From positions 1 through 46,983 of the forward strand of contig JAHBMJ010000478.1 of assembly GCA_018398765.1 (NCBI GenBank): 46,983 nt of DNA, read 5' to 3'. Shown here piece after piece: positions 26,797 to 36,212 of this stretch (positions are counted from its first letter, which is position 1; each line of letters starts with the position of its first letter). The notes below the pieces were generated by a model. It did not search any database. It saw only the letters and a list, made by a program, of their open reading frames with translations, and was not told the origin of the DNA. The stretch is from Chromera velia (lineage: Eukaryota). Both the position numbers and the translations under genes were made by a program.

Positions 26797-27779
26797 AGGA
26801 ACAAACAAAGGCGGAGGGGTGAGCAAAAAGCATATGGGGGGGAAACGCGAGACGGACAACCCCATGAGGCCCAGGCTGCGGGGCTCGGATGGCACCCCTC
26901 GCGTGAGCGCGGGAGGCGGTGGGAGGTGACGGGCTTGAGCCTGCACGGGTACGGGGGGGCGCGCGGGGCACTCGTGCTCGTGCGGTTCACAAGCAGGTCT
27001 GCGAGCGGGGTGCATACTACGTACGGCGTCTCCGTTCTTCTCCCTTTTTCTCCCCTTTTTAAATTTCTTTATCATACTTACTACTCACAATTTCACTCCC
27101 CTGGAAAACAAGTCGTGCCTCAGGGATGAACCAACCGAACCGACTGAACTGACTGAACTGATCGAACTGCAGGAACTGAACTGAGAGAGAAACCTTTGCT
27201 TGTACGTCTTCGGTAGAAAAGATAGAGAATCAAAGGAGATTGAGAGTTCTGATCTTTTTCTCTCTCCGTCTCCTCCCGTTCCGCCTCGGGTGATTTTCTT
27301 TAGAGGTCATCTGACAGACCTCTAACTGACACGAAGTGACAGAAGGAATCTCACTGGCCCGTTACCCTTAGGGGAAAAAAAGGACACAAAAACAGAGGAG
27401 TCCATCTCCATCCTTTTTATTCCCCCTGAAGTATTTGTTTTTTCCCTTTCCTTCTCGTTTCCCCCTCTGTTCGGGCGTGCCGGTGCTGTTTTGGCGCTTT
27501 GATCGGTCATGGGGACCCTCTTCCGGGCGAAATGCAGGCAGTCCTCGATCGTCTCAAGGGTGGGATAGAGAGCGTGTTATAACTCAGCCTGTAAAAAAAG
27601 TACCAGATGAAGCAAAAGCCTGTTTGCTTAGAGGTGGAGCCCCACCCCTGTCAGGCTCCCATCGATTCAATTTACCCCAGTGGGGCCTAAGTCGAAAGTT
27701 TAACTCTATATATGACGCTCTAGGTTGGCCAGAGTCTATACGGCTCACCGGCTTTAACCCCATACATCATTATCATCAT
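26797..27779 (+). mobile_element. Second, longer copy of the LINE 5' end fused to a different 3' end with a (CAT)n tail
   Basis: 27113-27461 aligns ungapped with 16900-17248 (349 bp, ~19 mismatches). It is preceded by a CpG-rich leader at 26797-27112 and ends CATACATCATTATCATCATC. Confidence 0.7.
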
Positions 27780-27784
27780 CATTT

Positions 27785-28300
27785 TCAAAAAAAAAAAATC
27801 AAAAAAACGATAGCCTTAAAAGCAGGAATCTGTCAGAAAACTCCATTTTCAAAAAAACTATAGCTTTAAAAGCATGATTCTGTCAAAAAAGTTTGGAAAA
27901 ACTCCATTTTTTAAAAAAACTATAGCCTTAAAAGCAGGATTCTGTCGAAAAACTCCATTTAAAAAAAAACTATAGCCTTAAAAGCAAGATTCTGTCAAAA
28001 AACTCCATTTAAAAAAAAATTATAGTCTTAAAAGCAGGATTCTATCGAAAAACTCCATTTTAAAAAAAATTATAGCCTTAAAAGCAAGATTTTGTCAAAA
28101 AACTCTATTTTTTTTAAAAAAAACTATAGTCTTAAAAGCAGGATTCTATCGAAAAACCCAATTTTAAAAGAAAACGATAGCCTTAAAAGCAAGATTCTGT
28201 TCAAAAACTTCATTTTCAAAAAAGTTGTAGCCCTGAAAAAAAAAAATGTTGGCTATAAAAAAAACATTTTTTTTTTTTAAATATAGCCCTCTTTTTGGCC
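27785..28300. repeat. ~50-bp A-tract-rich tandem repeat (~10 units)
   Basis: Unit ~AAAAAACTATAGCCTTAAAAGCAGGATTCTGTCAAAAAACTCCATTTTAA. TATAG recurs at 27921, 27971, 28021 and 28071. Confidence 0.93.
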
Positions 28301-29096
28301 TCTGAAACTAGCCTTAAAGCAGAGAACTACAGAAAACAATGCAAAGACGACAAGTGGAAGAGTTCACACTCTGAAGAGACCTCAGACATGACATGGCATG
28401 ACATAGCATGATAAGACTGTCTTAGGTTAGTATCTCAGGTTGTATCAGGTTGTCAGATCTTATCAAATATAATCTGGTCAAGAAGTGGGATGACCGGGCC
28501 GATTTCAAAACAGTCATAGTCAGACATACGGCATTGGGGCGGGAGGTTAATGCTCCAGACATAAATCCTAATCCTAATACCTAGACAAAGCTGTCCTGGA
28601 GTAAAAGCAGGCCCCCCCTGGGGTGGGGGACAGTTGTGGTTAATTAGGAAATATTAGGAAAATATGTCTGTTATTATATACAGCTAAAGTTTTACTATAT
28701 ATAACTTTTACCAGAGTCGGTAACCAGACTGCAGTAGTGAAAGGTAATAGGGGGGGGAGTAGATATGCGTGTGCTCTGGTATGGAGTATGAGGCTCACTG
28801 TAGAATCTGAATCGAATACTCTCAAGTACCCAAGCTCCATAGCCTGGACTGGAGGAGTATATCCCACTCAATAGCCATGCCCCATCGATCGTAAATCTAT
28901 TTCTCGATAAAAGTCTGCTAAAACGAGATTGGACGACTTGAAAAGTTGTTAGACCCAAAAGAGACGAAGTTGTGAACCATTTCCATAAAAAATTCACCAA
29001 AAAATATTCGACAGCAGCGACGATGAAGCTACCGATCTAATCCAAAGGAGAATAAATATTAGTTCGGCTACTCCTATTTGAAAGGCCTAAGTCACT

Positions 29097-29945
29097 CCTT
29101 GGGTCAGTGCCAGTGGGTGGGCATTTTTCTTGTTCCAGAGAGTAAGTCTCCACCTGGGTGGATGGGTGGCAGTTTCAGTCAAGAGGAGTCGCTTGATTAT
29201 GACTGACTTCATCATAGTCTTCATGGGTGGTATGGCCCGGCCGCGTCCGGTCAGTCTGTTGTGTTCCTATAACTCTGCACGTGTTTAGTCCAATCACAGT
29301 GGGTTAGGTGGAGGGGAGGGGTGTGGAGGGTGAGAGGGTTTGTAGGGGAGGTGGGGTGGGGGGATGGTATGGGATGGTGGGGTTGGGAGGAGGGCGGTGG
29401 GGGTGGGTGTCAACCATATGGGGTGAAGGTGTGTGGGTGGTATGGTTTGGTATGGTTGATGGGGGATGTTAAACTTTGAGTATGTTTGAGCGGAGGGTGT
29501 GGGGGTTGAGGGGAGTCTCAGGTTGTTTGTGACTGTGAGGAGTCGACTGACTAACTCTGACTTCATTTAGTCTGTACGTTTTGTCTCTATGGCTTTTTTT
29601 GTATATATACCGCCAATGGAAGATCATGAGAGGGACAACGGGATGAAAGACGTAAAGGAGGAGGAAACGACATGCAGATGAAAAAAACTGTGAGAGGAGA
29701 TAAAGTTCTTTGGTAAGGACTTGCGGTGGTTGCAATCGTCTCTTTCTCCCAGAGCCATTCTGAGGCAGCCTGCAGCTCACGCTAATAAGGAGTTTGGATA
29801 CTAGGTTTAGATGAGTGGGTAGATGGGTCTTGAAGTCACTGTTTGGGTGGGTGGGTAGGCTTTTTAGGGCTGATAAGTCGACTGACGCTTTAAATTATTA
29901 AAAGTCTAGGACCTGTGTGGATGGGTGGGTGAATACTTTTAAGTC
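29097..29945 (-). pseudogene. Inverted LINE fragment: Pro/Thr-rich linker and start of an APE domain
   Basis: Minus strand reads ...PTVIGLNTC... and, after a frameshift, ...IKRLLLTET..., resembling the first two APE motifs. Base composition changes abruptly near 29945. Confidence 0.45.
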
Positions 29946-31030
29946 CCCTCGACAAGTGCACATAGAATAGAAAGAAACATAAGAGAGAAGAACAGTCAGG
30001 AGAAGGCAGAACTGACAGGAGTGATGATAGCTGACGTGCACAGAAAGGTCTCAAACGGAAACCATCTCCACCTTTCTTTATTTGAAGACGGAGCAGGTAG
30101 AAAAGTTGGTTTGACAATGAAAATAGACAGAGAGAGAATAGGAAGAGCCCCTTTTTGCTATACGAGAGTGGCGCCGCGATCGGAATACAAGAGGAGAGCA
30201 GCATGCAGGGTGGGAGACAGGGCTGTGGCTGCAACTCAGGGAAAAATTCTGGTAAGGAGGGGAGAGAAGGTGCCGTTACAGAAAAGGATGTGCCAGTTTT
30301 GTTAAGGGTGGTTGGGAATCGAGGTGGTGGAAGATGAAATCCATCTGGTGACAGAATGTTATGTTTTTGACAGAGAGAGAGCAGAGATGTTCAAGAAAAT
30401 AGAAGAGAAATGAAACAGCAAGATGGAAGAAAAAGCTAGAAAGGCAGCCACAGAAAGAGAAGGGCTCAACAGAGAAGAGGGAAAAAGAGACAACTCGACG
30501 CTTTTCTGCTTTCTATTAAATGAATGTCATACCACAGTGGATGAGTTTTTGGGATGGGCATCATTCAGACGGAGGGTGTTTGAGGAGTGTCCAGGATGGT
30601 ACGGACAGATAGAGGGAGACGCTCTGGCAGCCAGACATGCAGGAATCACCGGAAGGCAACGGGCGATCGAGAGACTAACAAAAGAATATGAGGAGACAAT
30701 TAATAACTTAGAGACGACCGAAGGAGCGTTAGGGTGGGGAAGGAGGGAGCCGTAGAAGAAGATTGATAAAGCAAACAAGAAGAGCGAGGAAGCCCAAATT
30801 GCATGCCGTTTCAGATCGATTTCCAGGCTGGAAAGCCAACACAGATCCAGAGCCGTGGCTCGAACAACGAATAATCATACAGCAGCGGCCAGGGTAACAG
30901 ACTCTGGCGGGCGCCGAGGGCGGGGTCTGATACCTCAGCTTAGGTTGGGGAACGCCCCGCCCTGCTAGCTCTGGCGACAGATAGACATAGCGGGAAGGCC
31001 CTAGCAGGGAACATATCAATCAATCAATCA
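29946..31030 (+). pseudogene. 3' fragment of a LINE with CCHC finger and (TCAA)n tail
   Basis: One frame reads RMCQFC*GWLGIEVVEDEIHLVTECYVFDRER, a typical LINE C-terminal Cx2C..EDExHx4C finger. Tail TCAATCAATCAATCA at ~31016-31030. Confidence 0.85.
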
Positions 31031-31559
31031 AGTGACTTAGGCCTTTCAAATAGGAGTGGCCGGGCTGATAAATAAATAGGGGTAACCGCCTGGTCAACTT
31101 AGACCCTATAGATCCGTATAGCTTAGCTAGTAGTAGCTAGTAGCTTAAGCATCATCACAATAGCTTGTCTATAGGTTCACTTTAGTTCACTTGTGATTGA
31201 AGAAAGGAGAGAAGACTCAGAAGAGGGATAGAAAGAAGAAGAGAAGAGCGTGACGGCCACACGAAGACACTTGTAACTGGGAAGAAACGTACAATTAGAA
31301 AGTCATACACAGTGACTCTTACAAAGAGAAAAAAATTACGAGAAACGAGATTTCAGAGACAAATCATAGAGCCAGAGACCCTTTGTGGCACCTCACAGGA
31401 AAAGAACAGGGGAAGTCAATGTTCAAATCATAAGTAAATGAGTGGTCTAGATGGATGAGTCTTGCAGAAAGCCTCACAAGATACAGAACAAAGAGAGACA
31501 TAATTCGGGGAAGAGAGAAGGAAGAACAATGGAAGACAAAAACCGAGGAAGATCGACAT

Positions 31560-33150
31560 AGGGACTAGCATAGGGACGATACGGAGGTCAAGAGGGTTTC
31601 AGTGCAGTAGAGAGCGGGATAAAGACAATAGCTGGATGGGCGGATGTGCCCAAATGTCAGCAAACTGTCACACGGAGCTGCCAGAAACAGACGAGCAGTC
31701 AAGGAGTGAAACCTATGAGACAGGCGGACAAATTCGACATACAGAACGCCGAAGCCACAAATAAACATCCATGCAAAAAGCATCTGCACAGGGTTAGGGG
31801 AAAAGCAGGGGCAAGGAGCGAAAGGCAGTCAGGAAAGGAAGACATCTCAAGCCCATACATTCAGAATCCCGTCAAGGTAGGGACGAGAAGGATTTGGGGT
31901 GTTTGAGGGGAGTAGGGGAATGCAGAGAGAGACTGGCGGTGGATGAGGGGACGCTCTCAGATGCCGTCGAAGCGACACGAGTGGCGATGCGTTTCTAGTG
32001 ACACTTTGTGCATGAAAGGTGGAATGGTTGGGAAGAGAAAGGCAGGGGCAGAAGGAGAGCGGAAGGGATAGGAACTCCGAAGGCGAGGAGAGAGGAAGTC
32101 TCAGAAGGAGAGGGAAGAAAACGCAAGCCTCGATGAAAACATGAGAAACCAGCAACTCACGGAATGAAGCCAGAGGCAACAAAGCATTGCAGCATTTGTG
32201 ACTCTCTCCGATGAACCTCTGACACATTTTGACAAAATGACAGTCGCTGATCTCTGCGTCTTACTTCCTTATCATCAGCGACGCTACAACTAGGCCGCTT
32301 TTCTTCTTGCGTCTACGTTATTCAACTTCTTCATTTTTCTTGCGAGACACTGCGTTTATTTTGTACACACATCCTGTCGCTTTTCCCTCTCTTCTCGCAG
32401 ACTCCCTGCAGTCCTTTGCAAGGCTGAGCCTGCCTGTCACAGTTGCCGTCTCGTTTCGTCTCCCTCTCCTTCAGGGATGCGGCAACCGTTCTGTCTTCCA
32501 TCTCCCCTGGTTCCCTCACTGTAATATGTTCAAGGCCTTCAAAACTGGAGGAGCAATCCTCAATATCACCGCGACAACTGCAGTCAGTAGAAATATCGCA
32601 AGGAGGGGGGAAGGGGCTAAAGCCGTCTCCATGAATGAATCTGGACAGTTTCCCTTTCGTGAGGCGAACAGAACACAAAATGGGGAAGCCAGGCAATCTC
32701 ACCTGCAATTGTTCGCATCTTGAAGAAGAGTTCCCTCTTGAGTTTCACATCTGGCGATTCTGCAAACAGGAAAGAAGACACAGACTTTCTTCACTCACAT
32801 GAAGGGAAAATGCAGAAAGCAGACGAAGAATTTTTCAACTGACCACCGCCTCCTGGTCTCATAATCTGCATTTTGCCAGATTTGAGTCGTCTACGAACGT
32901 TTTCGATGGATGTCACCACAGGATTCCGCTGCTTTGGTGCGCACAGAGGATCGAGGCTCTGCTTGAGAAATGGAGTGCGAGGAGACGTCTCGTGACCCTC
33001 AGACTCGGTCAACTCAGTTTTCACTTTTGACTGATTTCTGCCGGCAGGTTTGCGTGAATTGTCTCTTCCCTTGATCACAAGGCTCTCACAGAATGCTTCA
33101 CCTTTGATTCAGAACAGTGCAGTTCAGAGGTAAGGCGGCTGAAAGATGCT
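31560..33150 (-). other. Possible intron-rich gene divergent from the ankyrin gene; exon structure unresolved
   Basis: Minus-strand donors (GTGAGT at 32798, GTGAGA at ~32702, GTAAGA at ~32264) and pyrimidine-tract acceptors lie downstream of the shared CpG-rich promoter. No recognisable domain. Confidence 0.3.
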
Positions 33151-33199
33151 GAAAGAACGACTGAATTGTCAGACTTGGACGGGAGGCTGTTGATGCATT

Positions 33200-33330
33200 G
33201 TCGGGGTTGGTTGACGCGCGCGCACGCGCGAGATGCATGGTCGGGCCCGGCCGCGTGCATGCATGACAACAGCCGCTCGTACTTCAACTGTCGTGTGTTG
33301 AAAGCAAAAAGTCATGCAAGGCAGCTCTCT
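33200..33330. promoter_or_regulatory. CpG/palindrome-rich promoter patch with TGCATGCA (33256-33263)
   Basis: CGCGCGCACGCGCG, GGGCCC, CGGCCG and TGCATGCA lie ~250 bp upstream of the ankyrin ATG. Confidence 0.6.
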
Positions 33331-33514
33331 CCGTATACCGCATTTGCATGTATTAATACCATACGGGACATAGATTTGCGTCGCATTTGAGAGACTTTCT
33401 GACATGCGAAGCCGCTCTGGTGGTGTCCTGCGATTGTGCTTTACCATATAACTACGCAACGTAGATTTCCCGTTTTGTCTGACCTTTGTCCTCGGTCATT
33501 TTTTCTTCTCCACA

Positions 33515-34834
33515 ATGGAAAGAAACGCAAGAACTCTCGCTCCTGTCCAGCGAGAATTTGACTCTCTAGTTGAAAGCCTACTCGGAGTTGTCGAGACGAT
33601 CCAAAAGATGAAGACACATCTGGAGGGCCTCACGTTCGCTGACGGAGACGATGGAGCAACACCCGCAGCTTCTCAGTCCTCACAAGAGTCCTCCTTTGAC
33701 GTGCCGCTTCCTGAAGAGGCTGCTGTCATTAGTGAGCTCCGGCAATCGGTGCAGACAACCAAACAAGATTTCAAAAAGGGGCTGAACAAAATTCAAAGTC
33801 TGTACTACAAAATTGATTTAGAACCGCTTTTCGCTTGCGACATCGGAAACGTGCTTCGATCATTTCAGCCCGTGTCTCCTCAATTTCTATTGGATGCTAT
33901 CAATGAGTTGCATAACACAGGTAGGAGGGACGACCTCTCCCTGTTGTTGAAGGTCGGGGCCGACATGGACGGCTTTGCAGAGAATAGACGGACCGCGCTC
34001 ATGCAAGCTGTTGTTGTGGGAAGCCTGGAGGCAGTGAGGATGCTGGTGGATGCAGGGGCAAGTCTGGAGGTGCCAAATTTTAAGGGGCTCAGGGCGCTCC
34101 ACATCGCGTGTCACAGACAGGAGCCTCAGACAGTTCGGTTTCTCGTTGACAGAGGTGCGGATGTAAATGCAGAGACGGAGTTCGGGGAGAGACCCCTGCA
34201 CATCACCGCAGAGGGTCAACCTGAGCTGGCAGCATTCCTCCTTACGCACGGAGCGGAGGTGGACGCAAAGCATGCTGCTGGGTGCACTGCACTCGTCCAC
34301 GCCGCGTTTGCGGGTTGCAGAGATTCCGCAGCTCTACTTCTCGACAGAGGAGCGAGGGTGGACGAAACTGACAACGAGGGTACCACCCCCCTTTTTGCCA
34401 CGACGTTCACATTCAAGGGTACACTAATCGATAGTATCCAAGTAGCCGAATTGCTTATTTCCCGGGGAGCGGATGTGCACGCAAGGGCTTTCAATGGCCG
34501 TACGATCCTTCAGAATGCTGCCCTGTCTGGCGCTGCCAACGTTGCAGGACTGTTGGTGAATGAGGGAGTTGACGTACATGCAACCGACAACCAAGGAAGC
34601 ACTGCACTGCACTTTGCAGCGCACTTTGACGATGATGAAGACGCTGACCAGAGCATAGAAGCCCAGCAGAAAAAAGTGCAAATAGCTCAAATGCTCATTC
34701 ATCGAGGGATCGACGTTCATGCGGTAGATGAACGGGGAAAGACTGCGGCCGAGATTGCAGAAGCAGACCAACCAGCAGAGTCCCCTGTTGGTGCTTTCTT
34801 TGCTGACCTGCCCGTAGCAGATCCTGAACAGTAG
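33515..34834 (+). CDS. Single-exon ankyrin-repeat protein (439 aa) with N-terminal helical/coiled-coil region
   Basis: Intact ORF with ~8 ankyrin repeats (TALMQA, RALHIA, RPLHIT, TALVHA, TPLFAT, TILQNA, TALHFA, TAAEIA, most followed by LL..GA.V). Confidence 0.93.
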   Translation: MERNARTLAPVQREFDSLVESLLGVVETIQKMKTHLEGLTFADGDDGATPAASQSSQESSFDVPLPEEAAVISELRQSVQTTKQDFKKGLNKIQSLYYKIDLEPLFACDIGNVLRSFQPVSPQFLLDAINELHNTGRRDDLSLLLKVGADMDGFAENRRTALMQAVVVGSLEAVRMLVDAGASLEVPNFKGLRALHIACHRQEPQTVRFLVDRGADVNAETEFGERPLHITAEGQPELAAFLLTHGAEVDAKHAAGCTALVHAAFAGCRDSAALLLDRGARVDETDNEGTTPLFATTFTFKGTLIDSIQVAELLISRGADVHARAFNGRTILQNAALSGAANVAGLLVNEGVDVHATDNQGSTALHFAAHFDDDEDADQSIEAQQKKVQIAQMLIHRGIDVHAVDERGKTAAEIAEADQPAESPVGAFFADLPVADPEQ

Positions 34835-36212
34835 GCGGCGACCAATACATTACAACACATCATTAGATCATGGAATAAACAAAAAATTTTAACGTTCGAA
34901 ATCTAGTTGAAAATTTATATACGTAAACAAATATCTAGATTTACTCAATTCAATCCTCAATTATTTTATACTCAGGCTCAGGCTCTTTGCTCAAGCTAGT
35001 CATCGTTTTGAATGATCTAAATTTAAAAGAAACGTTTGCTGTGAAAGAATACCCAGATTTGTGCAACATTTTAACCTGAATCAGCATCACAGAATCGATA
35101 GAATCAACATAATTATGTCACATAAACCTGTAAGAAAATTAAACATGCAGATACTACGAATGTATATCAGGGATTGAAGGTTTACGTATTCTTAAAGGTA
35201 CTTAAAGGTTTGCGGGATCCCGTCAAGGAGTTCACGCATGCATAAGCGGCATGATGAGCCCTGCTAGAAAGAGATCACAAATAGTGTATAACATATTCTG
35301 TTTCATTGTTGCAATCACCGATCACATATATGAAGAGTCGGTGTGTTAAGAAAATAGCTAGGGAGATATAAGAGCAATGACTCAACGTTGTCGAAGAATC
35401 GACGATTATCCATGATGAAGGTGGTCAGATAAGTTGTCACGTAGCTCAGTTTCTTACCTTGATCTTTTTGGATACCAACTAATCAAAATAAATCAAAACC
35501 AATCAAAACGCATATTTGACTCTGCAAAGATTGTCTCAGAAACTTGTCTAAAAACGCTACAGGCCCCCGTCTACAAAGTATCAGAGCACTGTAAGTAACA
35601 GTCTTAGCAATTGTATTATATTGTATTGCAAGGCTGCCAGCTGCCAAGCTGTTTGAAGCGCAACAATATATGTAACACATTGAATGCAACATGCAACACC
35701 GCGACCCGCGCTTGCCTGTATTCAAACCCGCGCCTTCAAGTTGGGTCATCATGCATTTGCGTGCTTTAATTGGGGCCCCGGTTAATTCTGAATGCATGGG
35801 GATCGACAAAAGCCCGTGCAAGTTGAACCCATACACGCGAGAGTGTTGCAGCGATTCATTGTCTGTCAGAGAGTGTTGCAGTGATGTTGCATGCAGTGGC
35901 TCGGTGGTGCACGGTGGAGCACTGTTGCATTGCAATATTAATAGACACAGCTGGAGCTGAACCCGAACCCAACATAACCCAACCCCACGCAAACGTTTCG
36001 ACGACAACGCAAAATTCAAGTTCAATGACAATCGAAGATGCAACTTGTGACGGAATCGATCCCGATCAGCGTCCTCCCTCTGTCACATCAATTGACCGTC
36101 AAGTTTGATTCACTTCTATATCCTGTTGTTGCACCAAAGAACCACTCAGTCAAACAGCGAACAGCGGGACTGCTTCTCAATTCGTTGTAACCGTTTCCTT
36201 CTGTCCTTCAAC

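Larger units (their letters stand above)
29060..31067. mobile_element. hAT-like TIR pair (37 bp) with near-perfect 8-bp TSD, enclosing LINE fragments
   Basis: 29060-29096 versus the reverse complement of 31031-31067 matches 33/37, and all mismatches are transitions. Termini are TAG...CTG. Flanks are ATAAATAT (29052-29059) and ATAAATAA (31068-31075). Confidence 0.7.

Noticed and set aside
16900..27461. LTR retrotransposon defined by the 349-bp direct repeats
   Set aside because: No TG..CA ends, PBS or integrase. The internal enzymes are APE and LINE-type RT, and a simple-repeat tail precedes the second copy.
28371..28400. Hammerhead ribozyme core CTGAAGA
   Set aside because: No matching stem II/GAAA arrangement found by eye.
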